From contig CAWHAA010000004.1 in the NCBI GenBank assembly GCA_963827275.1, forward strand, positions 192,001 through 256,000: a stretch of DNA of 64,000 nt. Direction: 5' to 3'. The notes under the pieces were generated by a model. That model did not search any database. It was given only the letters and a program-made list of their open reading frames with translations, and had not been told where the DNA came from. Each line of letters begins with the position of its first letter. The stretch's first letter is position 1. This document shows, piece by piece, positions 19,418-29,020 of this stretch. This DNA comes from an uncultured Spirochaetota bacterium. GTDB lineage: Bacteria; Spirochaetota; UBA4802; UBA5550. The position numbers were made by a program, and so were the translations under genes.

Positions 19418-21331
19418 TTGAAAGCAGCAATTATTGCCGGCGGGAAGGGAACCCGGATCAGGGAACTCACTAGTGATGCCATCCCCAAAGCGATGCTACC
19501 TGTTGCCGGTGTCCCGATAATTGTCTGGCAGCTACGCTTGCTTGCGCGATACAATGTGAAGCATGTAGCGATCATGACCGGACACCTTGCGGATATTTTG
19601 GAACAGCAGGTGCCGGCAGAATCGCAGAAACTGGGTATTGAAGTTTCATTTTTCCGTGAACATGAGCCGCTCGGCACTGCGGGTGGCTTTCCAGCGGCAA
19701 AATGTTTTTTTGGTGACATCTTTTTTGTATTTTACTGCGATGTCGCTATTGAAATGGACCTTGAAAAGCTGGCGCATTTTCATAAAAGCAGGAACGCCGA
19801 TGTCACGATAGTGAGTCATCCGAATGACCATCCATATGAATCCGACCTGTTACTAACGGATGATGACGGCAGAATAGAAAAAGTAATTTATAAGAAAGAT
19901 CGTATCGATGGGTATTATCCGAATCTTGTCCCTGCTGGCGTATACTGTTTTTCTGAACGGGTGTTTGCATATATCCGCCAGGGTGCCAGGCAGGACTTTA
20001 TCAAGGATGTCTTTCCCAGTATGATCGAAGAAGGAGCCCGGGTGTATGCGTATTCAACTCCGGAATATCTTCGAGACATGGGAACATATGAACGCTTTCA
20101 AATGACTGAAAAAGATATAAAAAGCGGTTTATTTTTCAGAATGAATTCTTTATATAAAAAACCTACGATTTTTTTCGACAGGGACGGGGTTCTTTGCAAA
20201 CATACTCCCGGATCAGATGTATTGCGTCCGGATGAGCTTGAGCTTGAGCCGGTGGCCTCTGCCGCAGTGAAAAGAGCGAATGACTCCGGTGTCCTCTCCG
20301 TGGTTATTACCAACCAGCCCGTTATATCAAAGGGATTTATCACCTTCGCCGATCTCAAATTGATCCATGCAAAAATGGAAACACTGCTGGGGAAAGAACA
20401 TGCAAAAATTGATAAAATCTACTTCTGTCCGCACCACCCGGAGGAGGGTCATGTCAACGAGGTCCCGGAGCTGAAAATCGATTGTGAATGCAGAAAACCG
20501 AAGCCGGGAATGATCTTCAGGGCCTGTGAAGAACTTCCGGTCTCGCTGGATGATTCATGTGTGATCGGTGATTCGTTTCGGGACATCGGGGCGGCACGGG
20601 CCGCAGGAATAGATGCCTTCGGAGTCCGCACCGGCGCGGGTTCAAAAGACTGCATTGGAAAATATAGGCCCGATGTTGTGTTCGGAAATGTGCTTGAAGC
20701 TGTAGATTATTTTATCATAGGAGTTGCCGGTATCGATGAAATCGCGGATGCGATAATCCGAAGGCTAGATATGGATGCGCCTTGTGTGGTCGGGGTATGT
20801 GGATTTGCGAGGGCAGGGAAAACGGCGTACTGCTATGCCTTGATAAAAGCATTAAAGAAAAGAAGCATGGATGTCCTGACAGTCCGGCTTGATGATTGGA
20901 TTGTCCCGAAGAGCAAACGGCATCCCGGGCTCACTTCCGAAGAGCGATCACAAACCAGCAAGTACCCGGCGCTTTTCAATGCTATCCTGAATGGCGAGAA
21001 AGTGGAAGCCGGCGGCTATGAACAGTTTACGCGGGAGTCCTCCTCGCCGGTTTTTTACGAACTCAGAAATGAACGCATTGTCATCTTTGATGGCCTATAT
21101 GCATGCCATGATTCAATCAGAAAAAATATCGATGTTGCAATTTTTATCGATGCAGATGAAGATATACTCTCCCGGCGATTCCGGGAATTTTATGCATGGA
21201 AGGGAGAGTCGGAAGAAGGGATCGAGGCCCTTCTTGGGAAGCGTAAGAAAGATGAATGGCCTTCTGTCCGCAGGCAGAAGGATTATTGTGATAGAATAAT
21301 AAAAATAACGGATAAGGATCGGAATGTATGA
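19418..21331 (+). CDS. Triple fusion: HddC-like nucleotidyltransferase + GmhB-like HAD phosphatase + P-loop kinase-like domain
   Basis: TTG start with AGGAG RBS; IAGGKGTR/PK/EPLGTAG; FFDRDGV, TNQ, CPHHP, CECRKPKPG, GDS..D; C-terminal GFARAGKT..LDD..DGLY. Confidence 0.88.
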   Translation: MKAAIIAGGKGTRIRELTSDAIPKAMLPVAGVPIIVWQLRLLARYNVKHVAIMTGHLADILEQQVPAESQKLGIEVSFFREHEPLGTAGGFPAAKCFFGDIFFVFYCDVAIEMDLEKLAHFHKSRNADVTIVSHPNDHPYESDLLLTDDDGRIEKVIYKKDRIDGYYPNLVPAGVYCFSERVFAYIRQGARQDFIKDVFPSMIEEGARVYAYSTPEYLRDMGTYERFQMTEKDIKSGLFFRMNSLYKKPTIFFDRDGVLCKHTPGSDVLRPDELELEPVASAAVKRANDSGVLSVVITNQPVISKGFITFADLKLIHAKMETLLGKEHAKIDKIYFCPHHPEEGHVNEVPELKIDCECRKPKPGMIFRACEELPVSLDDSCVIGDSFRDIGAARAAGIDAFGVRTGAGSKDCIGKYRPDVVFGNVLEAVDYFIIGVAGIDEIADAIIRRLDMDAPCVVGVCGFARAGKTAYCYALIKALKKRSMDVLTVRLDDWIVPKSKRHPGLTSEERSQTSKYPALFNAILNGEKVEAGGYEQFTRESSSPVFYELRNERIVIFDGLYACHDSIRKNIDVAIFIDADEDILSRRFREFYAWKGESEEGIEALLGKRKKDEWPSVRRQKDYCDRIIKITDKDRNV

Positions 21332-22341
21332 TAATTTCCCAGGCCCCGTTTCGAATTAGCTTTGCTGGCGGCGGTTCCGATATCGCCGCGTACTACAGAA
21401 AACGGAAAGGAGCGGTCCTCTCTACGACCATAAATAAATATGTGTATATTTCAATACACCCATATTTTGACAGGTCGCAGACGCTTTTGAAATACTCAAG
21501 CAATGAACTCATCAAAGATATTAATGACATTAAGCATCCGATTTTTCGCGAAGTGATCAAGGATTTGTGGCCCCAGGGCGGACTGGAAATCGTCTCCACA
21601 TCGGATATCCCGTCAGGTACAGGGCTTGGTTCGTCCAGCACGTTTACGGCGGCGCTGCTGATCGCCATGTATGCCAAAAAAGGTGTTTATATTTCCAAAG
21701 AGGATCTTTCGATAAAAGTCTGTAAGCTTGAGATTGATACACTTCGAGAACCAATAGGGAAACAGGACCAGTATGCCGCGAGTTATGGAGGATTGAATTT
21801 TATAGAGTTCAATCCGGATGAAAAGGTAGTAGTCACTCCGCTGATTCTTCCTAAAGAAACCCTCCTCACGCTGGAGAACAATCTGATGCTGTTTTACACC
21901 GGTGAACAGAGGAAGACCAGTGATATTTTGAATGATCAGGTGCAGCAGATAACATATAACAGTCAAAAGATTGATTATCTTGCAAGGATGGTGGAGCTGG
22001 CGTATGAAATGCGGGAACAGTTGCTGACCGGTGATCTTAACGGATTTGCACAAAACATGCACAGAGGGTGGGAATATAAAAGGCAGTTGTCTGAAAAAAT
22101 CTCGAATCCGAAGATTGACAAATATTACGAAAGGGCCCTTGAATATGGGGCGATCGGCGGCAAGCTCCTCGGTGCCGGCGGCGGTGGGTTTCTTCTTCTC
22201 TATTGCGAAAATAAAGACCAGGAAAGACTTCGTAAGGCTCTATTTGATTGCCACGAACTGTCATTCAGTTTCGATTGGCATGGTGCGGGCATTATCTATG
22301 TGGGTGACAGGTATATAGAGCATGGATTCTTTTCGAGTTAA
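21328..22341 (+). CDS. hddA: D-glycero-alpha-D-manno-heptose 7-phosphate kinase (GHMP family)
   Basis: APFRISFAGGGSD, PSGTGLGSS, IGKQDQY, GGKLLGAGGGGF. Confidence 0.88.
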   Translation: MIISQAPFRISFAGGGSDIAAYYRKRKGAVLSTTINKYVYISIHPYFDRSQTLLKYSSNELIKDINDIKHPIFREVIKDLWPQGGLEIVSTSDIPSGTGLGSSSTFTAALLIAMYAKKGVYISKEDLSIKVCKLEIDTLREPIGKQDQYAASYGGLNFIEFNPDEKVVVTPLILPKETLLTLENNLMLFYTGEQRKTSDILNDQVQQITYNSQKIDYLARMVELAYEMREQLLTGDLNGFAQNMHRGWEYKRQLSEKISNPKIDKYYERALEYGAIGGKLLGAGGGGFLLLYCENKDQERLRKALFDCHELSFSFDWHGAGIIYVGDRYIEHGFFSS

Positions 22342-22356
22342 AACAAGGAGATAGAC

Positions 22357-22917
22357 ATGGATATAAAGCCGATGATTACTGAATATATTGATGGATTATG
22401 CAATTTACTTAAAAGTATGGACGTGGAGCGGATCGATGCCTTTTTAAAGGCGATAAGGAAAACGAGAGAGGAGGGTAAACAGATTATCCTCTTCGGCAAC
22501 GGGGGGGCCGCAGCCTCCGCATCGCATATGACCTCCGACTTCAACAAAGGATTGAGTTATGGCAAGGAGAAGAGATATCGTGCCATCTGTCTCAATGATA
22601 ATATTGCAATTATGCTCGCGTATGCGAATGACGTAGGGTATGATGATATTTTCGTTGAGCAACTGAAGAATTTTTTAAATCCCGGGGATGTCGTAATTGG
22701 CATTTCCGGGAGTGGTAATTCTGAAAATGTCTTGCGCGCAATTGATTATGCCAATAAAAACGGCGGCTTCACGATGTGTATTTGCGGTTTCAATGGCGGG
22801 AAGTTGATCAACATGGTTAAAGTGGCGGTTCATGCGAATATCAATGACATGCAGAAGACTGAAGATATATTTCCAATGCTTGGTCATCTTGCGTATCAGC
22901 TTCTTGCAGATAACTAA
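22357..22917 (+). CDS. gmhA: Sedoheptulose 7-phosphate isomerase (SIS domain)
   Basis: GNGG.AA.ASH, YAND, GISGSGNSEN, GFNGG. Confidence 0.85.
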   Translation: MDIKPMITEYIDGLCNLLKSMDVERIDAFLKAIRKTREEGKQIILFGNGGAAASASHMTSDFNKGLSYGKEKRYRAICLNDNIAIMLAYANDVGYDDIFVEQLKNFLNPGDVVIGISGSGNSENVLRAIDYANKNGGFTMCICGFNGGKLINMVKVAVHANINDMQKTEDIFPMLGHLAYQLLADN

Positions 22918-22970
22918 TTGCTCCTGAAAGTTATTGATTTTAAAATTATATATACAAAGAAGGCAGATCG

Positions 22971-24272
22971 ATGAAGGACAAACGTATATGTGTGCTCGGT
23001 GGCGGACTTGCGGGAATCTCGTTCGCATACTTTTCGGGCTTACAGGCCACGATAATAGAAAAAGAGGAACGACTCGGAGGATTGTGCAGGTCTTTTAATT
23101 TTAATGGTGCATATTACGATATTGGCCCTCACATATTTTTTTCAAAGAATAAAGAGATCCTTGATTTCATAACATCGCTGGTCGAGATGAATCAACGAAA
23201 ACGATCAAACAAGATTTATTATAAGGGCAATTTTGTTAAATATCCATTTGAAAATGAACTCTCCGCGTTGCCGGAAAAAGACCGCGATTATTGCCTCAAT
23301 TCCTTCATTGAAAATCCCTATTCACCGTATGATGCAAATAACATGCTCATGTTTTTCTATAAGACCTTTGGTGAGGGAATAACCCGCTGTTATCTTGAGC
23401 CGTATAATAGAAAAATCTGGAAATACGAGCCGTCATTCATGGACACGCAGATGGTCGAGCGCATTCCAAAGCCGCCTGCCGAGGATGTGATCAAGTCGGC
23501 GAAGGGTGTCCCGACGGAAGGCTATTTGCATCAGCTGTATTTTTCTTATCCGAAAGAATTCGGCACGGAATCCATAATAAAGAAACTTGTTGGATTATGC
23601 GGGTCTCGCATCAACCCCGTGTTGTCTTCTCCAATCGAAAAGGTCGTCATCAATGATGATAAAACGTTTGATGTCACCGCAGGCGGTAAGAAGTATCAAT
23701 TTGATCATTTGATCAATAGCATCCCGCCGCAGGAACTCCTGAAAAGGATCGAGCCCCTGCCACCGAAAGAAGTGCTTGATGCGTGTGAGATGCTGCGGTT
23801 CAATGGAATTCATATTACTATCGTGAACGTCAATGAAGATGCAATTGGCGATAACTTTGCGGTGATGGTGCCCCAGCCTGACATAAGCTTTCACCGGCTG
23901 TCGAAAATCGATTTTCTCGGCGATTCGTACCATAAGGAAAAAACTTCAAATCTCATGGTCGAGATTACCTACCGCCCCGGCGATCCTTTCGACATGCCGG
24001 ATGACGATGTGAGCAGAATGGTTGTCGCTGATCTTGAAAGAGTGGGGTTTATTAAAGCATCGATGGTGAATCATGTTGAAACAAGGTCTTTCCCCTATGC
24101 CTATGTGATTTATGATCTCCATCACAGGGAGAATATTGACACAATTCTGGCATGGCTCCGGATCAAGGGAATTACCTGTATTGGAAGGTTCGGACTGTTT
24201 GAATACCATAACATGGATACGATTGTCGAGAAAACAAAAGAGATCGCCCAAAAATATTCCAAGGTGCAATAA
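22971..24272 (+). CDS. FAD-dependent oxidoreductase (protoporphyrinogen oxidase/NDP-sugar pyranose mutase-like)
   Basis: LGGGLAG, GGLCRS, DIGPHIFF, PYNRKIW, YP..G, AYVIYD, GRFGLFEYHNMD. Confidence 0.75.
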   Translation: MKDKRICVLGGGLAGISFAYFSGLQATIIEKEERLGGLCRSFNFNGAYYDIGPHIFFSKNKEILDFITSLVEMNQRKRSNKIYYKGNFVKYPFENELSALPEKDRDYCLNSFIENPYSPYDANNMLMFFYKTFGEGITRCYLEPYNRKIWKYEPSFMDTQMVERIPKPPAEDVIKSAKGVPTEGYLHQLYFSYPKEFGTESIIKKLVGLCGSRINPVLSSPIEKVVINDDKTFDVTAGGKKYQFDHLINSIPPQELLKRIEPLPPKEVLDACEMLRFNGIHITIVNVNEDAIGDNFAVMVPQPDISFHRLSKIDFLGDSYHKEKTSNLMVEITYRPGDPFDMPDDDVSRMVVADLERVGFIKASMVNHVETRSFPYAYVIYDLHHRENIDTILAWLRIKGITCIGRFGLFEYHNMDTIVEKTKEIAQKYSKVQ

Positions 24273-24411
24273 ATGCGGGTGCCGGTATTGTACAAATGAA
24301 ACCAACAATCAAGTTTTCCTGCTTTCCTTAAAACTTGATTGACAAAAAGTGCGGAAATGAACCAATAAATCATTCCGTCAAATTACAAAATAGTCATTAA
24401 GAAAGGAAAAA

Positions 24412-25113
24412 ATGAGTACTAAGTATAAAATCTCAGTTGTAATGCCTACATTTAATGAAGAAAAGGCCCTTCCCATCGTTGTCAGCGATATCCGGAAGTT
24501 CGCTTCGGATTGGAATACCGAGATTCTTATTGTTGACTCAAGTAGCGACGATACGCCGAAAATCGCAAAAGGCCTCGGGGTCAAGGTCATAAGTCAGCCT
24601 CCCAGAGGGCATGGCATTGCATTGCGGACGTGTATACAGGAGGCTTCCGGAGACTATATTTTTACAACGGACTGTGACAATACCTATCCAATGGACATGC
24701 TCCCCCAATTTCTGGAAGCCCTTACGAAAGGAGGCTGTGATCTCGTTTCCGGCAACCGCATGTATTACCCGGACGTCCGAAAGGCAATGCCCTTTTCCAA
24801 TCTTCTTGCAAATCGCGGGTTCGCGTTATTTGTTCGCCTGTTATACGGCATTAAAACCCATGATGTTACAACCGGGATGTTCGGCTTTAGAAGGGACGTT
24901 GTCCATGCAATAGAGTGGGAAACAAATTATTCATTTCCTTCTGAAATTATTATCAGATCGAACTTGGCCGGTTATAAGTATAAAGAGATTCCGATTAATT
25001 ACAAGCTTCGTCTTGGGGAAGTAACACTCAATAAGTGGAGAAGCGGGAAGGCATATATGCGATGCTTCTTCAAATATCGGTTTAACCTCTCCACGCCGAA
25101 AGAAAAGCTGTAA
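24412..25113 (+). CDS. GT2 glycosyltransferase, DPM-synthase/GtrB-like
   Basis: VVMPTFNEE, VDSS, TDCDNTYP, SGNR, RLGEV; short soluble GT2. Confidence 0.88.
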   Translation: MSTKYKISVVMPTFNEEKALPIVVSDIRKFASDWNTEILIVDSSSDDTPKIAKGLGVKVISQPPRGHGIALRTCIQEASGDYIFTTDCDNTYPMDMLPQFLEALTKGGCDLVSGNRMYYPDVRKAMPFSNLLANRGFALFVRLLYGIKTHDVTTGMFGFRRDVVHAIEWETNYSFPSEIIIRSNLAGYKYKEIPINYKLRLGEVTLNKWRSGKAYMRCFFKYRFNLSTPKEKL

Positions 25114-25116
25114 ACT

Positions 25117-26058
25117 ATGAATGTTTTAGTTACAGGCGGAGCGGGTTTTATCGGAAGCCATCTCTGTGCTTCCCTCCTTGATATGAACCATAACGTATAT
25201 TGCCTTGATAGCCTTTACCTGGGCAGAATGGAAAATATCAATGAGCTCCTCGGCAATGGCAGATTTCATTTTGTTGAACTCGACCTGCTGAAAAAAAAGA
25301 AGCTTTCAAGGTTGTTCGGCAAGAACAGGTTCGACATGGTCTTCCATCTTGCGGCTAATTCGGATATTCAGGCCGGGAGCTCAAACCACCTGATCGATCT
25401 GGACCATAATTTCATGACCACCTACACCCTCCTCGAGGTGATGCTCGAGCATGATGTTAAAAATATTTTTTTTGCGAGTACTTCTGCCGTATTCGGCGAA
25501 ACGCGCACCATGCTGCATGAGAACTTTGGCCCGCTTGCACCTATTTCGTTCTACGGCGCGAGCAAGCTTTCCGCGGAGGCGTATATATCGGTATTCGTCA
25601 ATAATTACGGGTTCAAGGCATGGGTCCTCCGTTTTCCGAACGTGATAGGCGAGCATGCGACACATGGCGCATTATTTGATTTTATTGAAAAGCTTAAGAA
25701 AGATCCTTCCCGCCTTGTTGTGCTAGGCAACGGGAAACAAACGAAGCCCTATATGTATGTTAAGGATCTCATTGCGGCAATCCTCCTCGTGTGGAAAAAA
25801 TCGGATGAACCTTTAAATATATTCCATGTCGGCAATGTTGATCTCACTTCAGTCAAGGAAATAGCCGAGATTGTCGTGGAAGAGATGGGACTGGCCGGGA
25901 TCCCGATAGAATACACCGGTGGAGAGAAGGGATGGGTGGGGGATGTCCCGTATTTTAATTATGATATAACGAAAATAAAGGCGCTTGGCTGGACCCCGAA
26001 ATATAATTCTACTGAAGCGGTTCGGGTCTCTACGAAAAAAATATTAGGCAAGGTGTAA
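25117..26058 (+). CDS. NAD-dependent nucleotide-sugar epimerase/dehydratase
   Basis: GGAGFIGSH, HLAANSD, STSAV, YGASK, THG..FDF, GWVGDV. Confidence 0.88.
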   Translation: MNVLVTGGAGFIGSHLCASLLDMNHNVYCLDSLYLGRMENINELLGNGRFHFVELDLLKKKKLSRLFGKNRFDMVFHLAANSDIQAGSSNHLIDLDHNFMTTYTLLEVMLEHDVKNIFFASTSAVFGETRTMLHENFGPLAPISFYGASKLSAEAYISVFVNNYGFKAWVLRFPNVIGEHATHGALFDFIEKLKKDPSRLVVLGNGKQTKPYMYVKDLIAAILLVWKKSDEPLNIFHVGNVDLTSVKEIAEIVVEEMGLAGIPIEYTGGEKGWVGDVPYFNYDITKIKALGWTPKYNSTEAVRVSTKKILGKV

Positions 26059-26122
26059 GTTTAAGGCAACAATGCTGCACCGTGACCGGGGCGCAACGTA
26101 TTAAAGAAATCCTGCTATTGAT

Positions 26123-26605
26123 ATGCAAAAAAATATTTTATACAAAGTTCACAACCTTTTCTTCTCGGTTCAGTTTGGCAAATTTCTCGCAGTCGGCGGA
26201 ACCGCTGCCATTGCTAACTATTGTTCAGGATGGATGATGCGATCCCTGTATCCTTCGCTGTTGAACGAAGTGAGCGTCGTTATAGGATATACTGTCGGAA
26301 CGATCATCAGCTTTATCTTTAATAAGTTGTTTACTTTTAAAGCCGTTGATGAAAAGACCTCGGTTCAGGCCTTGAAATTTCTTGTTGTCGCTTTTACCGC
26401 CGCCCTGCTCGGTGCCGGGATTTCGAGGCTCGTTTTGATTATTTTCGATGGCATTGATATTTCGGTCATTGACAGGCAAATCGAGAAAAATATAAGCCAT
26501 ATTTTCGCAATAGGTATTACGACCATATATAATTTCCTCGCCATGAAATATTTTTCATTTAAGAAAATCACAATAACGAATCGTAACATCAGACCACTCG
26601 TGTGA
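26123..26605 (+). CDS. GtrA family flippase
   Basis: 160 aa with four TM segments; KFLAVGG, SFIFNKLFTF, YNFLAMKYFSF. Confidence 0.85.
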   Translation: MQKNILYKVHNLFFSVQFGKFLAVGGTAAIANYCSGWMMRSLYPSLLNEVSVVIGYTVGTIISFIFNKLFTFKAVDEKTSVQALKFLVVAFTAALLGAGISRLVLIIFDGIDISVIDRQIEKNISHIFAIGITTIYNFLAMKYFSFKKITITNRNIRPLV

Positions 26606-26844
26606 ATATTACTATACGCGCACAATCGCCCACGGGTGCTGCACGGCGCATGGGTCCCGGCAGGCACGGATACCTGACGTCCTATTAAAGACCCTGGTAG
26701 CTTTGAGGGCTTTAGCCTTGATCGATGAGCGCCGGCTTGTGTCTGCCTGAGGAAGGCTTGGGTCCGGCCATCTGGAAAAAGCCGGAATATTGCACAGGAA
26801 GTCATTGAACTCTTCATCTGTGGCTAAACACGGAGTGTGTATAA

Positions 26845-28962
26845 ATGCAAAAATCAAATGTGTATTCAATTGTGCTGATTGCAGCGTTGCTGTTCCTCGG
26901 CATGCTGCTGGCGCCCTTCCATATAATGCAGCATGATCTTTCCATGATCCCCGGGGATTTCATCGATACCCGCTTCAACAACTACATGCTTGAGCACGGG
27001 TACCGGTGGCTTACCGGCCAGGTGGCGCATTTCTGGGACGCGCAGTACTGCTACCCGGTGCCGGATGTTACCGCCTTTTCCGACAGCCACCTCGGGCTCT
27101 TCTGGCTCTACTCGCTGTTTCGCTTTGCGGATTTCGACAGGGAAACATCGCTGCAGCTCTGGATTATCGTCATGTTCGCGTTAAATTACCTCTCCTCCGC
27201 GTACGCCCTCCGGAAAATGGAGATCAATGCCCTCGGGGTCGCGGTCGGCTCGTTTATCTTTGCTTTTTCCATGCCGGTCATGGGGCAGATGATCCACATT
27301 CAGCTCCTGCCGCGGTTCCTGGTGCCCCTGATAGTCCTTTTCACGGTGCGGTTTCTTGACCGCCCGGGCGTCTTCGTGTTATTCAAACTGTGCCTTGCCA
27401 TCGTGGCGCAGTTTTACTGCACGTTCTATATCGGGTATCTCTCCGTCCTGGCGGTGATCGCCCTCGTGATCGGGTATGTGCTGCTAAATTTCAGGGATCG
27501 CAGGGAGCTGCCGTTTTTCACGGATTTCACGCGGGACATCTGGAAAAAGCTCGGCGTGGCCGCCGGGTCGGCCCTGCTGCTCCTGCCGGCCATGCTCCCG
27601 TATCTTCCTGTCGTCGCAAAGTACGGTTACCGGAGGTGGGAGGAGATTGCGCTTATGCTGCCACGGTTCTCCTCGTATTTTTTCCCCCCTGACGGGACCC
27701 TCCTCTGGGACTGGCTCAAGCCGCTGGGCCACGGATTGCCGATGCCGTGGGATCATTATCTTTTTGTCGGCGCCTTCCCTATTGCGGCGGTGATCGTTCT
27801 GATCATAATGTATCTGCGCTCGTCCGATCGTGACTCCCTTCTGAAATGGGGGTTCGTAGCGGTCATCACCCTGGCTATTCTGACGGTCATCACCCTGTCG
27901 GTGCGCAACGTGTCTTTATATCGATTGGTCTATAAGCTAATTCCCGGTCTTTCATCCGTGCGCTCGCTTGCCAGGATTATTCTCGTTGACCTGTTTTTCT
28001 TGTCCATGATTTCCGGGATCGTTATCACGAGGTGCTCAAGGCTGCTGTCAGGGAAATCGCCTGTTATAAAGGGCGTCGTTGCCCTGATTGTTATATCTGT
28101 CTTTGCTGTTGATCAGTATGTTGTAATCCCTGACAGTTTTTCAAAAAAGGAGGCGCAGGAACGTTCGCGTAATGTTGAGGATCTCATGATGAAGCAAAAT
28201 CCCAGCGCCATAATTTATGCTTATATTCCGCAAGCGAAGAAATGGTCATTGCGAACGGTATTTGCCGATCACATCGATGCAATGATGGCGGCGCAGAGCC
28301 TTAACAAGTATACCGTGAATGCCTATAGCGGACAACTGACAACGGAACTCCAGAATATGCTTGTGCTGCCGCTCTATCCGCGTGAAGTCCGCTGTCTGGC
28401 GCTGCGCAGGTGGGGAAGGGCGACGGAGCTGTTGTATAACAAGAAAGACTGGTACAGGAAGATATCGATCGTTGATCCTGGCGATACGGCCCCCTGTCCG
28501 GCATCCAGATTCACAGAGTTAGACTTCAGCGGTATTGATCATCCACTGGACGATGCCGCCTGCAATGCGGAAATCACCTTTGACAGGCCCGTCCACACCA
28601 TCGACCGGTATGACGTGTATGTGATGGAGGTCAAGGTCAAAAACAGGAGCGCTGTCACGTGGCCGGTCCTGGGTGACGGCACCGGGAAATACGCGGTCGG
28701 CCTTACGTATCGCTGGCTCGGGTCCGACCGTAAACCGTTGACAGGGTATGACCAGAAGGTATATTTCCTGTACGATCTGAAGCCGCGGGAAACGATGCGC
28801 GTGTCAGTGCCGGTCTATCGCCCCTTCGACACGGGGGAATATCACCTTGAATTCGACGTGTTCCAGGACTCGGTGCTGAGATTTCAGGATAAAGGGTCTC
28901 GGACTTCAATGGTAAAAATTGTCGCGACAGGCCTTGGCGATTCAGGGTTCACATGGAAATGA
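26845..28962 (+). CDS. Polytopic membrane protein, probable GT-C fold glycosyltransferase with C-terminal Ig-like domain
   Basis: Acidic loop after TM1 (PGDFIDTRFN...FWDA..YP....AFSD), about 10-12 TM, SVRSLAR motif, NAYSG, C-terminal VKN.S..W...L.P.E..GEY beta-sandwich. Confidence 0.7.
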   Translation: MQKSNVYSIVLIAALLFLGMLLAPFHIMQHDLSMIPGDFIDTRFNNYMLEHGYRWLTGQVAHFWDAQYCYPVPDVTAFSDSHLGLFWLYSLFRFADFDRETSLQLWIIVMFALNYLSSAYALRKMEINALGVAVGSFIFAFSMPVMGQMIHIQLLPRFLVPLIVLFTVRFLDRPGVFVLFKLCLAIVAQFYCTFYIGYLSVLAVIALVIGYVLLNFRDRRELPFFTDFTRDIWKKLGVAAGSALLLLPAMLPYLPVVAKYGYRRWEEIALMLPRFSSYFFPPDGTLLWDWLKPLGHGLPMPWDHYLFVGAFPIAAVIVLIIMYLRSSDRDSLLKWGFVAVITLAILTVITLSVRNVSLYRLVYKLIPGLSSVRSLARIILVDLFFLSMISGIVITRCSRLLSGKSPVIKGVVALIVISVFAVDQYVVIPDSFSKKEAQERSRNVEDLMMKQNPSAIIYAYIPQAKKWSLRTVFADHIDAMMAAQSLNKYTVNAYSGQLTTELQNMLVLPLYPREVRCLALRRWGRATELLYNKKDWYRKISIVDPGDTAPCPASRFTELDFSGIDHPLDDAACNAEITFDRPVHTIDRYDVYVMEVKVKNRSAVTWPVLGDGTGKYAVGLTYRWLGSDRKPLTGYDQKVYFLYDLKPRETMRVSVPVYRPFDTGEYHLEFDVFQDSVLRFQDKGSRTSMVKIVATGLGDSGFTWK

Positions 28963-29020
28963 CCGCGCGCATGCAGCCGTTTGCGCGATGAAACAATCAT
29001 GGTATGGAGGATGCGGTCCG

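Noticed and set aside
26606..26844. Possible structured RNA or gene remnant between gtrA and the first GT-C-like gene
   Set aside because: No convincing stem, repeat or homologous reading frame identified
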